Program-made: the position numbers and the translations under genes
In this document: positions 46,627 through 55,269 of the stretch, in pieces
Numbering within the stretch: position 1 is the stretch's first letter
How the letters are laid out: the number at the start of each line of letters is the position of its first letter
Notes under the pieces: generated by a model
What the model saw: the letters and a program-made list of their open reading frames with translations, nothing else
What the model was told of the DNA's origin: nothing
Databases searched by the model: none
From: a virus
Lineage: Duplodnaviria > Caudoviricetes
Strand: one strand, 5' to 3'
DNA length: 64,000 bases
IMG/VR virus record: IMGVR_UViG_2823715266_000003
Coordinates: 892-64,891 of that record

Positions 46627-46703
46627 TGGTTGCGGTGGTCGGCTTCGATCCGACGACACACAGGGTATGAACCTGCCGCTCTACCTGGCTGAGCTACACC
46701 GCG
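46627..46703 (-). tRNA. tRNA with CAT anticodon (Met/fMet-like, non-canonical)
   Basis: CGCGGTG-TA-GCTC-AGCCAGGTA-GAGC-G-GCAGG-TTCATAC-CCTGT-GTGTC-GTCGG-ATCGAAG-CCGAC-CACCGCA-A-CCA; full cloverleaf with encoded CCA. Confidence 0.88.
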
Positions 46704-47227
46704 CGTTCGAACTTTGCCCCGTTGGCCGCCGAGGCGCCCGCCCTACAGGGGGTGGCGAACAGCTGGCCCTGGTTCGGATCGACGCGCACCTCCAGCGCCG
46801 TGACCTGGCGGCGGAGGCGCTTGACCTCCTCGCCCAGCTCGGCCGCGAGCAGCGCGGTGTTCCTGCCCGTCTCGATGGCTGCGGCCTGCGCGGCGGCGCC
46901 GGCCATCAGGTTCGCCAGCGCCCGGTCCTCGCGCGGCGTGAGCGTGAGCACCTCGTCGCCGATCTCGATCTTTACGGTGCCGTCGGGCATGACGGTCTTG
47001 GACATGGGCCGCGCGGGCGCGTGTCGCACCGCCGGCACGAAGACGCCGCGCTGCACGCGCACGATGTCGCCCTCGTCCACCAGGACGCCGAGGCGGTCAT
47101 CGATGGTCGTGAGCTTCAGGCCGGTGAGCTCGGCCAGCGTCTCGCGGGTTACCACCTGCTCCTGGGCGTGCAGATCCTGCACAGCCTCCAGCACCACCAG
47201 CAGGGTTGATTTCTGGGCTTCAGCCAT
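46694..47227 (-). CDS. Winged-HTH protein at the Q position; candidate late-gene activator
   Basis: VTRETLAELTGLKLTTIDDRLGVLVDEGDIVRVQRGVF wHTH plus C-terminal coiled coil; last gene of the early rightward operon. Confidence 0.65.
   Translation of the reverse strand: MAEAQKSTLLVVLEAVQDLHAQEQVVTRETLAELTGLKLTTIDDRLGVLVDEGDIVRVQRGVFVPAVRHAPARPMSKTVMPDGTVKIEIGDEVLTLTPREDRALANLMAGAAAQAAAIETGRNTALLAAELGEEVKRLRRQVTALEVRVDPNQGQLFATPCRAGASAANGAKFERAV
46741..46751 (-). promoter_or_regulatory. Late-promoter upstream element (tRNA)
   Basis: CCCCTGTAGGG-N24-CAAAGT-N7-tRNA nucleotide 1. Confidence 0.8.
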
Positions 47228-47241
47228 TCGTTCTCCTCGTT

Positions 47242-47775
47242 TTAAATCCTGGCCAGGGCCCATGCGGCGGCCCGGCGCTCCTTCGGTGTGGCCGGCTGAA
47301 CGCCCGCCACGATGTCTTGCCAGATGGAAACCATCCAACGGTGGGCGGCGCCGAAGCGCTCCACCTTCTCGGCGGCCGGCGCCGGGCCCTGGTCGAGCCA
47401 CCAGTGGCATGCCGCGCACCCGTGCACGTGCCATTGGTCATCAGCCTTGCGCGCGCCGGCCTTGCCGTGCGCGGACTGGTTGCTGTGGCAGGCCACCGTG
47501 GTGGCCGGGTCCGGCTGGCACACGCCGGGCACCAACAGCAGGCAGCGCTGACCGCGCGCCATCGCCAGCAGCGCTGGATTGCGTTGCGGCTCGGTCTTCG
47601 GCACCGCCCCGCGGAAATCCGCGTCGTTGATCGCCGCCATGCGAACGATCCGCCCAGGGACGGGCTCCACGCGCGCGAGCACCGTCACGCTCGGCTCGCG
47701 CGCCAGGTCTACGCCGATCAGCTTCGGCTGCCGGCGCTTGAAGCCGGTGCGCAGCATGGGCGCACTCCGCTTCAC
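47242..47775 (-). CDS. DUF1364/YbcO-like putative nuclease
   Basis: ARGQRCLLLVPGVC...TTVACHSN...KADD...GCAACH. Confidence 0.8.
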   Translation of the reverse strand: MKRSAPMLRTGFKRRQPKLIGVDLAREPSVTVLARVEPVPGRIVRMAAINDADFRGAVPKTEPQRNPALLAMARGQRCLLLVPGVCQPDPATTVACHSNQSAHGKAGARKADDQWHVHGCAACHWWLDQGPAPAAEKVERFGAAHRWMVSIWQDIVAGVQPATPKERRAAAWALARI

Positions 47776-48032
47776 TGCTTACCCCCAAGTCGCTCGATCT
47801 TTCGGCGTAGGCGCTGCACCCGCACCTCCAGCTCCCGCGTGCCCTCCGCAAGGAAGGACATCACATCATCGTCTTGGGCGAGCTCATCCCGCAGCGCTTC
47901 CCGGTGCGCCTTGGCCAGCCAGAAGACCACGCCGTCGGGCGCGTCCCTCAGGACATACCAGCGGCCCAGCAGGTGCTTCACCGCGTAAGGCAGGACGCGC
48001 AGCTGCCAGTAGAAGTCCATGAACCACTTCAT
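47772..48032 (-). CDS. Hypothetical protein
   Basis: 86 aa; 4-nt overlaps on both sides. Confidence 0.65.
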   Translation of the reverse strand: MKWFMDFYWQLRVLPYAVKHLLGRWYVLRDAPDGVVFWLAKAHREALRDELAQDDDVMSFLAEGTRELEVRVQRLRRKIERLGGKQ

Positions 48033-48529
48033 CCCAGAACTCCCCCGATGATTTCGCCGGTGTCCGGGTCAACTTGCATGCGCTCCCACTGCTCGAAGCT
48101 GGCGGGGAACGTCACGCCGAGCTCGGTGGCGGCGAAGGCGCTCACACGGTCGATGAGCTGACTGTAGCCTTTCACGCCCAGACGCTCGGTGCTGACGCGC
48201 TCGCGCCGGCGCACCTTCTTGCCCGTGAGCGGGTTGCGGCTTGTGATGGTCTTCCAGCCCAAATACTCGGCGCGGAAGTGCTCCTTCCACACTGCCAGCG
48301 GGAACTGCGCGCCGTGCGGCCGGGCCTGCGCCGCGATGGTCTTGAGCACCACGCCGTGGTAGTACTTGCGCTGCCGGTCGGTCTTTGCGTCCTCGTGCAA
48401 GCGGATCTCCAGCTCGAGGCGCCGGCCAGCGGCCCACTGTTCCTTGCACCAGGGCGCAACACGCTCCAGCAGGCTGGTGCGTGCGTGTTCCTGGTCGGGC
48501 CAGATGACTTGCAGGGCGATGTCTGCCAT
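48029..48529 (-). CDS. NinB/YbcN-like recombination protein
   Basis: KTDRQRKYYHG...WKEHF...STERLGVKGYSQLIDRVSAFAATELGV. Confidence 0.75.
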   Translation of the reverse strand: MADIALQVIWPDQEHARTSLLERVAPWCKEQWAAGRRLELEIRLHEDAKTDRQRKYYHGVVLKTIAAQARPHGAQFPLAVWKEHFRAEYLGWKTITSRNPLTGKKVRRRERVSTERLGVKGYSQLIDRVSAFAATELGVTFPASFEQWERMQVDPDTGEIIGGVLG

Positions 48530-48541
48530 GTGGTCCTCTCG

Positions 48542-49129
48542 TCAGGCACCGGTGAGCAGCGCCTTGAGCTGGCGCAGCGTCTCACCTTCCTTGCCCGCGG
48601 CCTGTACCCTCGCCTCCACGTCGAGCGCGATGCCGTCGATCTCGTCGGCCGCTCGGCGCAACAGTGCGGCGACGTTCGCCAGCCGAGAGAGCGAGTCCTC
48701 CCTTTCGGGGGCGGGGGGCTGGGGCTGCAACGCTGCAGCAGCGGGTCGGGCGTTGATGGACACTTCGTTGAACTCCTCGGTAGCTTGGGTGATGAGGCGA
48801 GCGATGACCCGGACGAAGGTGCCCCGGGCGGGCTCCTTCACCACGCCGCGCTCGCAGAGGGTGATGAGGCAGCCGTCGACGACGGCGCGGTCTACGGTTG
48901 CGCCGGCGCGGCGTAGCTCGCTGACGATCTGTTCCTTCGACCAAGGCGTCTGGATGGGCACGGCGGCGAGCACCTTCTTGGCCATGCTGTTCAGGCCGCT
49001 CTCGATGCGGGCCAACTTCGCTGCGTTCATCACGTCTCCTGGGTTCTGTACGCCTGCCATGCGCAGGCCTTCCATGACGCCGCGCCCGAAAGACATGCGG
49101 CGGGATTGCTCGGTGGGGGTGACCGTCAT
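48542..49129 (-). CDS. Hypothetical protein with wHTH-like region
   Basis: 195 aa from MTVTPTEQ; coupled to neighbours. Confidence 0.65.
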   Translation of the reverse strand: MTVTPTEQSRRMSFGRGVMEGLRMAGVQNPGDVMNAAKLARIESGLNSMAKKVLAAVPIQTPWSKEQIVSELRRAGATVDRAVVDGCLITLCERGVVKEPARGTFVRVIARLITQATEEFNEVSINARPAAAALQPQPPAPEREDSLSRLANVAALLRRAADEIDGIALDVEARVQAAGKEGETLRQLKALLTGA

Positions 49130-49557
49130 GACTTCACGGCCCTTCGGTACGGCCACGCCACCATTGCGGCGTCGCGCTCGTGCTGATTGCTGCGCGCCGC
49201 CCAGTGCGTCACGAGCGCGAAGGCCTCCGCATCGAGCTTGGCGCCCTTTGCGGTCGGGCTGATGCCGTGGGCCGGGATGCCGAGGTCGGCACAGACCGAC
49301 GTGATGAGGCTGCACCAGGCGTCGATCTGCCCGACGTTGCGGGCGATCTTCAGCGCGGCCGCGCGGCTGCCCGCGGTCGTCCACACCTTGGACTCCAGGC
49401 GGCTGTCCTCGAACACCACGCGCGCGGGCATGTAGCTGCGCAGCATGTGCTCGATGGTGTGCGGCTCCACGGTGCGAAGGAACTGCAGCGCGCCGCCCTC
49501 AAAGGCGGCCAGGCCCGTGCTCGCGCCCGGGTCGATGCCGAGGATGTGAACCGTCAC
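49126..49557 (-). CDS. RuvC-like Holliday junction resolvase
   Basis: ILGIDPG..TG, VVFED, HERDAA. Confidence 0.85.
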   Translation of the reverse strand: MTVHILGIDPGASTGLAAFEGGALQFLRTVEPHTIEHMLRSYMPARVVFEDSRLESKVWTTAGSRAAALKIARNVGQIDAWCSLITSVCADLGIPAHGISPTAKGAKLDAEAFALVTHWAARSNQHERDAAMVAWPYRRAVKS

Positions 49558-49817
49558 AGCAGCGCCCCTTGCGGCGAGGTCCGCAGTTGGTCCAGCCGAG
49601 CCGCGGCGGACTTCACCGCCTCGTGCCCGCCCTTCCAGTCCTCGCCCCAGATGGTCCGGAGCGCGGCCTTGTACTCGTCACGCAGCGTGCCGTCTTGGCG
49701 CGAGCGCCAGTATTCGGGGCCGTTGGCGATGCCACGTGCCAGACATTCCCGGCAGTTGGCGGTGTAGCCCGGCCAGTCGGCGCGGACGGCGGCCTTGTCG
49801 CAGTTCGGGCACTTCAT
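49554..49817 (-). CDS. Small Zn-finger-like protein
   Basis: CPNC...CREC; coupled. Confidence 0.65.
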   Translation of the reverse strand: MKCPNCDKAAVRADWPGYTANCRECLARGIANGPEYWRSRQDGTLRDEYKAALRTIWGEDWKGGHEAVKSAAARLDQLRTSPQGALL

Positions 49818-50248
49818 GCTGCGATGCCCTCCAACAGCGCCTCGAAGGCAGCCCAGTCGAGGTGCGCGTTCTGCAACTTCAGCTCCAGATCGCACGCGGC
49901 ATCGATCAGCGACTTGCGCTGCAGCCCGTCGACCAGGCGGTCACAGGCCTCCAGCCCTGACCGCAGCGAAGCGCGGCGCGTCGGGTCGATGACCGGCACG
50001 CCCGCCTGCTCGTACAGGGCATTGCAGGCACCGCGCACGATGCGCACGTCCGGCAGGTCGTGGTCGATGTCTTCGGTCATGAGAGCGCCCAGCACCACGA
50101 ACAGCACCCGGCCGGCGGCGGCTACGAACTGGTCGCTGTCGTCGCCCAGAATGGCGTGGATCTGCGCGCGCACGGCGGTTGCGTGCCACTGCTTCTCGAT
50201 GAGGGCCCGAGCGATCAGCCCGAGCGCGGCGGTGCGGCGGCGGGCCAT
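49814..50248 (-). CDS. Hypothetical protein
   Basis: 144 aa from MARRRTAAL; coupled. Confidence 0.65.
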   Translation of the reverse strand: MARRRTAALGLIARALIEKQWHATAVRAQIHAILGDDSDQFVAAAGRVLFVVLGALMTEDIDHDLPDVRIVRGACNALYEQAGVPVIDPTRRASLRSGLEACDRLVDGLQRKSLIDAACDLELKLQNAHLDWAAFEALLEGIAA

Positions 50249-50775
50249 CAGCGCATTCCTCCCAGCATGTCGGCGCTGAAGTCGCGGCGGCTGCGCCCGC
50301 GCCGGATGTTGGAAGCGGTCCCGTTGCCGAGGTGCCAGTTGCGGTCGAACCAGATCGCAGGCTTTTCGCTCGAGCGAATCTCGCGCACCATTTCCTCGGT
50401 GAGCTTGGACTTGGCGCGCTTCGTGGCCGCCATCCGCCGAGCGGACAGCAGGGACTTCTTGACGCCCTTCATCGCAGCGGCGCGCGTGCGCAGCACCAGA
50501 CAGTCCGGGTGCACGCAGAGCTCGCAGTCGCACTTCACGCCCACCTGGCGGTTGGATGGCACGAACCCGCGCGTGAGAACCCACAGCACGCGGCGCACGT
50601 TGTAGACCCGGCCCTCCCTCCCGCCGAGCTTCACCTGCGGATGCAGACCGCCCGCGGCATGGCCGGTCCATTCGAGGCAGTTTCCGCACGGCTCGGCGTG
50701 CTTCAGCAGCCGGTCCAGCGTCAACTGCTCGAACACCTCGATTTCGGCGTCCCAAGGATTGATCGAAGGGATCAT
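50248..50775 (-). CDS. Degenerate HNH-endonuclease-like protein with C-terminal HTH
   Basis: CLEWTG...VRRVLW...KCDCELCVHPDCL...KLTEEMVREIR. Confidence 0.7.
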   Translation of the reverse strand: MIPSINPWDAEIEVFEQLTLDRLLKHAEPCGNCLEWTGHAAGGLHPQVKLGGREGRVYNVRRVLWVLTRGFVPSNRQVGVKCDCELCVHPDCLVLRTRAAAMKGVKKSLLSARRMAATKRAKSKLTEEMVREIRSSEKPAIWFDRNWHLGNGTASNIRRGRSRRDFSADMLGGMR

Positions 50776-51008
50776 GCGTGCTCCGGGCTCTGCTCGAACG
50801 CGAGGTCGTTGGCGGGCTGCAGTGCAGCGAAGTGCTCGGCGCACACGTCCAGGCGCGCGTTTTCGACTGCGCTGTAGGCTCGGATTCCACCGATGGCCGT
50901 CGGGGTCAGCTCCCCTCGCTGACGGAGGAAGCGTTCGTGCGTGGCGAGGGCTTGCAGGTTGCGCTGCGCGGACACCGCCACCTGAACGATGGTGAGGGCA
51001 CTGGTCAT
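50772..51008 (-). CDS. Hypothetical protein
   Basis: 78 aa from MTSALTIV; SD AAGGAG. Confidence 0.6.
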   Translation of the reverse strand: MTSALTIVQVAVSAQRNLQALATHERFLRQRGELTPTAIGGIRAYSAVENARLDVCAEHFAALQPANDLAFEQSPEHA

Positions 51009-51898
51009 GCGGGTACTCCTTGTCGTTGCTCCACAGCCCGGCGGACGCGGGCCGTGAATTGCGGGAACGTCTCGCGGTCGACGCTCAGGTCGTGCTCGTT
51101 CCACCGGCCCAATCCGAGCTCCTCGGCCTTGGCTTCGATGGTCGAGCGGTTCTCGTCCCAAGGTTTCTCGGGCATGCCGGCGCCCGACGCGATGGCTGCG
51201 GCCTCGCCGAGCTGGCGCTTCACGATGCCCAGCAGGTAGGCAAAGCCCTTGGGCGGTTTTGACTTCGCGCAGATGTCGGCGGCGGCCTCGAAGGTTTCGA
51301 CGGGCACACCCTTGTCGATGAGAGCCCGCAACTCGGGACTCGACGGGTTCACGTCGGCCACCTTCTTCGCCCTGATCGCCTTGCACACCTCCCCTGCCTT
51401 CGTCGGGCTTTGCTCCCCACCCCCCACCGCTCCGGGTTCGGAACTGGTGTGTGGGGGTTCTACTTGGGTAGGTAGATGTGACTGTTGTTGTTGTTGTCCA
51501 TCGGTTTGCGATTCGTTTGCCATGGCATTTGCCATCGGTTTGCTATCGCCCTGCCAACGCTTTGCCGCGCCGGCTTTGCCTGCGCTGCTACGCGCTGCGC
51601 TAACCTTTTCGGCCTTCGCGATTTCCTTCGACGAGCGCTTCTGGACCATCGTCAGGCCGTCAGCACTCAGATCGAACTTCGCCATCACCTTGACCTTCAT
51701 GGCGCGCCACCTCGCCGCCGGCAGCTTGGTGATGGACACCAGCGATTCGTCGTCGGTCGGCAGCGTGCCCTTGGCCTTCCAGCACGCCATCAACAGCAGC
51801 ATGTAGGCGCCGTGCTGCTCGGTCGTGAAGGTCATGGTGTCGGCCACGTACTCGCCGATGTACAAGGGCATCCAGATGTCGGTTTTCTTTTCGCTCAT
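51005..51898 (-). CDS. Replication initiator, YdaU/DUF1376 family
   Basis: WMPLYIGEYVADT...EQHGAYMLLL...RSSAGKAGAAKRW. Confidence 0.88.
   Translation of the reverse strand: MSEKKTDIWMPLYIGEYVADTMTFTTEQHGAYMLLLMACWKAKGTLPTDDESLVSITKLPAARWRAMKVKVMAKFDLSADGLTMVQKRSSKEIAKAEKVSAARSSAGKAGAAKRWQGDSKPMANAMANESQTDGQQQQQSHLPTQVEPPHTSSEPGAVGGGEQSPTKAGEVCKAIRAKKVADVNPSSPELRALIDKGVPVETFEAAADICAKSKPPKGFAYLLGIVKRQLGEAAAIASGAGMPEKPWDENRSTIEAKAEELGLGRWNEHDLSVDRETFPQFTARVRRAVEQRQGVPA
51470..51600. repeat. Putative replication origin (iterons within initiator gene)
   Basis: Clustered TTTGC(C/T)AT and TTTGCC repeats next to a GTT-repeat, lower-GC stretch, as in lambdoid ori. Confidence 0.55.
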
Positions 51899-51902
51899 CT
51901 GG

Positions 51903-52766
51903 TCAGTCCCCGCAAAAGCACGCGAGGGCTTCCTGGTCGTGGTCGAACATGTCCACCTGGTCGGCGGCGTACTGGGCGATCTCGGCGTAGCTCGGTCCGT
52001 CCTTCGTGAAGCGGGCGCCTCGGCCGGTCGCGCCGGGAATGAGCGAGCCGTCTTCCGCTCGAACCCACCAGGTGATGGAGTAGCGGCCCGCTCGCGCGAT
52101 AGAAAGGCGCTGAGCCGGCGGCTTGTTGAAGCAGTAGACACAGTTACCTTCGAGCGTGCGCCCGTTGTGCGTCACCAGTTCAAGGTCGAACGGTTGCGAC
52201 TTCCAGAAGGCCCCCACCTCCTGAACGCTCACGCCGGCATCGGCCAGCGGCATGCACATGGTTTCGTCTGGCGTCTCCGTGCTGGTCCCGCGGGCGCGGA
52301 TCTTGGCGACTCGGCGCTGCTCGTCAGCACGAATGCCGATGAACTGGTCCCACTCCGGCCACGCTTGGAACGCGCGCAGGTAGCGGTGCATCGTGCGGAT
52401 CTTCAGTTCGCTGGTGCAGAAGCGGCTGACTGGGTTGGGCAAGAACTGTCGGCGCCGGATCAGCGCCGTGAACGGTTCGCCGTCTCGGGCCGCCCACCTT
52501 GGATCGGTAAAGGCGCGGAACATGCGGCCTTCCTCGCCCAGGTACTCCAGCCACACGATGCGCACGTCCCACTCGTACGAGCAGCGCGCAACAAACTGCA
52601 ACGTCTCTTCGGCCTCCAGGCCCGTGTTCGCGAAACAGACAATCAGCCAGCGCGCGATGTTCTCGCGCGTGTTCGCCTGCAGGACGCGCCACAGCATGTA
52701 GGCGCTGGTGCGCCCGCCGCTGAAGCTCAAGCAAGTGGGGCCGGTGAGTTTGAAGGGGTCGCGCAT
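51903..52766 (-). CDS. PAPS-reductase-family (NinC-like) protein
   Basis: SFSGGRTS PP-loop, FANTG.E, RFCTSELK, GIRADE, GNCVYCF. Confidence 0.88.
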   Translation of the reverse strand: MRDPFKLTGPTCLSFSGGRTSAYMLWRVLQANTRENIARWLIVCFANTGLEAEETLQFVARCSYEWDVRIVWLEYLGEEGRMFRAFTDPRWAARDGEPFTALIRRRQFLPNPVSRFCTSELKIRTMHRYLRAFQAWPEWDQFIGIRADEQRRVAKIRARGTSTETPDETMCMPLADAGVSVQEVGAFWKSQPFDLELVTHNGRTLEGNCVYCFNKPPAQRLSIARAGRYSITWWVRAEDGSLIPGATGRGARFTKDGPSYAEIAQYAADQVDMFDHDQEALACFCGD

Positions 52767-53284
52767 CAGACTTCGATCCCCAGGTACTTGCGCCAGGGCA
52801 CGACGCTCCCGTCGACCTTGAACCCCCAGCCCTTCGACTCACCCCAGGTGATGAACAGCGTGTAGGCACCGCCATCGGACACCTCGGTGATTCGATGGAA
52901 GACGCTGGGGTCGATGCGCTGGGTGAAGCCACGCAGGCGCAGCTTGGCGCCGCGGTACTCCTCCCGGCGCTCCTCCATGTAGCCGCTGCGCAGGATGATC
53001 GAGCGCGCCGGCCACGGGTGGTTGTGCTCGTGGTCATCGTCGTCCGGCCGAACGATGTGTTGCACGCGGACGCTGGGCAAGCTGGTCCAGCGCGCGGGCA
53101 GTTGGTTGCCCTCCTCGTCCTTGCCGTAGGCGTTGAACAGCCACCAGCGATCCATGTAGAGGTCGTCGCTGTTGCGGCCGGTGATCGGCGAGTACGGTGT
53201 GCGCTGCGCGCGGCGGATCAGGTAGTCCGCGACCGGGCGCCGCGAAACGACGAAAGCGAGAGCTCGCCACAGAGCTTCCTTCAT
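52766..53284 (-). CDS. Hypothetical phage protein (cupin-like)
   Basis: HIVRPDDDDHEHNHPW...GYMEE...FHRI...TLFIT...WGF. Confidence 0.7.
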   Translation of the reverse strand: MKEALWRALAFVVSRRPVADYLIRRAQRTPYSPITGRNSDDLYMDRWWLFNAYGKDEEGNQLPARWTSLPSVRVQHIVRPDDDDHEHNHPWPARSIILRSGYMEERREEYRGAKLRLRGFTQRIDPSVFHRITEVSDGGAYTLFITWGESKGWGFKVDGSVVPWRKYLGIEV

Positions 53285-53673
53285 GCGGCGCCTCCTTCCA
53301 TCGAGGGATCGTTCGCCGCCGCAGCGCGGCCACGGCCGACAGCCTTGGTGATGCGGAACTCGAACAGGCCCGCGAAGGCCGGGTTCAGCAGCGCGAACAG
53401 GCGCGCCAGGTACGGGGTGTGCCAGTCATTGAGCTTCCACGGCCCGCCGCGCTCGGCCAGCGCCGAGTTGTGGCGCAGCACCTCGATGATGGTGCGGGCG
53501 CTGTAGTGCTCGAAGCCGCGGCGCACGATGCGCATGGCCTCGCGCTCGAAGGCGTCGTAGACGTGCAGGTTCTCGGGCAGGTATGCCAGGAACCGCGGCG
53601 TGAACTGGTCGGCGTGCTGCTGGGCCATCAGCAGTGGTCGGGACACTGCGGGGCCGGTGGATGCTGCGCTCAT
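53281..53673 (-). CDS. Hypothetical phage protein
   Basis: YSARTIIEVLRH...KLNDWHTPYLARLF conserved-looking motif. Confidence 0.7.
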   Translation of the reverse strand: MSAASTGPAVSRPLLMAQQHADQFTPRFLAYLPENLHVYDAFEREAMRIVRRGFEHYSARTIIEVLRHNSALAERGGPWKLNDWHTPYLARLFALLNPAFAGLFEFRITKAVGRGRAAAANDPSMEGGAA

Positions 53674-53987
53674 CAGTGGTGCCCTCCCCGCTGCGCGAAT
53701 TCGGGGCCCTCAAAAGGCCCTGTCAGTTTGCGCATCGCACCGATACGCTCCTCCTCATGCAACAGCTTCTCAGCCGCCATCGCACGCCACGTCTTGCCGT
53801 AGCAGGTCAGGTACACGAAGTCGCGCAGCAGCGTGCTCGCGTCGGTACCGCTCAGGGCGCAGTGCTGCCGGAATACCTTGTCAGTCGCCTCGTCAACCTT
53901 GGTCTTCAGGTCTTCGGTGAGCTTCCCGAGCGGCCCGGCGATGCCGCGGGCGAACGCCGGCTCTTGGTCTTGGTCGATGGTGGACAT
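53673..53987 (-). CDS. Putative small transcriptional regulator (CII position)
   Basis: 104 aa, RHH-like segment, two genes after cro. Confidence 0.55.
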   Translation of the reverse strand: MSTIDQDQEPAFARGIAGPLGKLTEDLKTKVDEATDKVFRQHCALSGTDASTLLRDFVYLTCYGKTWRAMAAEKLLHEEERIGAMRKLTGPFEGPEFAQRGGHH

Positions 53988-54014
53988 CTCGAATTGGTCG
54001 TTGGGGTGAAGTGG

Positions 54015-54206
54015 TCAGCCAACCGGCTGGAGGTCAGCGACGCGCGCCGTGAAGACATCGCGGAAGACGCGGTGCCGCCAGCAGTCGGAGCCGTCAGCCG
54101 GGAATGGGTTGGCCAGGGGGAGCTCTTCACCGCGCTCGGCGGCGTGCGCAGCCAGGTCGGCGACCTCGGCATGGCTCAGTGAAGCGAGAGGCTTGATGTG
54201 CATCAC
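54015..54206 (-). CDS. Hypothetical protein
   Basis: 63 aa coupled to cro; SD AAGGAGG. Confidence 0.6.
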   Translation of the reverse strand: MMHIKPLASLSHAEVADLAAHAAERGEELPLANPFPADGSDCWRHRVFRDVFTARVADLQPVG

Positions 54207-54409
54207 GCGGCCTCCTTCTGCTTACGCTTGGCCGCGCGGATGCTGGCAACCAATCCGCGCTGGCGGGCGAGCGCCGCGAGCACGCGGTCCTCGATCCGCG
54301 CGGGCAAGTCTTCCGGCCACTGGTTCACCGCCTGGTAGGAAACACCAATTGCTGCCGCGGTGGCGGTGATGGACCCACCTAGCAGTTCAATCGCTTCGGT
54401 CTTTTTCAT
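54203..54409 (-). CDS. cro: Cro-like repressor
   Basis: MKKTEAIELLGGSITATAAAIGVSYQAVNQWPE; divergent from cI. Confidence 0.9.
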   Translation of the reverse strand: MKKTEAIELLGGSITATAAAIGVSYQAVNQWPEDLPARIEDRVLAALARQRGLVASIRAAKRKQKEAA

Positions 54410-54417
54410 GCCGGCAT

Positions 54418-54490
54418 TGAATCATAATTCACACCAACAATGCAACCATGATTCAGCGGGTAGCTGGCATTATTTTTGAATCATGGTTGA
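54418..54490. promoter_or_regulatory. OR operators (three 14-bp near-palindromes)
   Basis: TGAATCATAATTCA 54418-54431; GCAACCATGATTCA 54442-54455; TGAATCATGGTTGA 54477-54490 (covers the cI ATG). Confidence 0.85.
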
Positions 54491-55214
54491 ATACCCAGAA
54501 CGACTACAGAGCGCGATGACCGCGCGAGGCGTCGAAATCGCGCAACTGGCAAAGGCGCTCGACATCAGCTACCAAGCCGTGAAGCGCCTGCTTGAGGGCA
54601 AGTCAAAGACCTTCAACGCCCAGAACAACGAGGAAGCCGCGCGCTTCCTCAAAGTCTCATCGCGATGGCTCGCGACCGGGAAGGGTTCGATGAACCTCGA
54701 CGAGTCGGAGGCGGAGGCATCCGCGAAGACCGCCGCGCCTCCCGGCGTGGACAGCGCAACGGGCGACCTCACCATCGTTCAATACGACGTGAGCGGTGGC
54801 ATGGATACGCGCGGGAAGCTATCGCTTGAGGCTGAGCCACCGGGCATCATCAAGAGCTGGCGCGTTGACCGTGAGTGGTTGCAGCTCAACGTGCGCTCCT
54901 ACACCAGCATTCAGAACTTGTGCATCGTCACCGGCTTTGGGCCGTCGATGAAGGGTATGTTCAATCCAGGTGACCCCTTGCTGATGGACCTCGGCGTGAA
55001 TCGCGTTGACCACGAGGGCGTGTACTTCTTCCGCGTGGGAGACGAGGGCTACATCAAAATCCTCCAGCGGGTGCCGGAGTTCAATGGGCCCGGCTTCATC
55101 ATCCGGGTGATCTCCAAGAACGAGGACTTCCCCCCGTACGACATCTCACCCAAGAACCCGCACCTACACATCATTGGCAAGATCCTCACGGTCTGGAAAA
55201 GCGAACAGTTCTAA
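54483..55214 (+). CDS. cI: CI-like repressor (HTH plus S24 peptidase)
   Basis: N-terminal HTH; GPSM catalytic Ser, YIKIL catalytic Lys. Confidence 0.92.
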   Translation: MVEYPERLQSAMTARGVEIAQLAKALDISYQAVKRLLEGKSKTFNAQNNEEAARFLKVSSRWLATGKGSMNLDESEAEASAKTAAPPGVDSATGDLTIVQYDVSGGMDTRGKLSLEAEPPGIIKSWRVDREWLQLNVRSYTSIQNLCIVTGFGPSMKGMFNPGDPLLMDLGVNRVDHEGVYFFRVGDEGYIKILQRVPEFNGPGFIIRVISKNEDFPPYDISPKNPHLHIIGKILTVWKSEQF

Positions 55215-55229
55215 CCTGACCTCCGATTC

Positions 55230-55260
55230 AACAAAACCCGCCGCGAGCGGGTTTTTTGTT
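55230..55260 (+). terminator. Intrinsic terminator after cI
   Basis: AAAACCCGC-CGCGA-GCGGGTTTTTT. Confidence 0.85.
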
Positions 55261-55269
55261 CAACTGAAG

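Noticed and set aside
46627-46703. tRNA as the prophage attachment site
   Set aside because: It is internal to the phage, far from the integrase, and I saw no duplicated 3' fragment in the window
1076-46751. CCCTACAGGGG repeats as a CRISPR array, REP elements or att/recombination sites
   Set aside because: Dispersed, all in one orientation, with fixed spacing to a -10-like hexamer and gene starts; this fits promoters better
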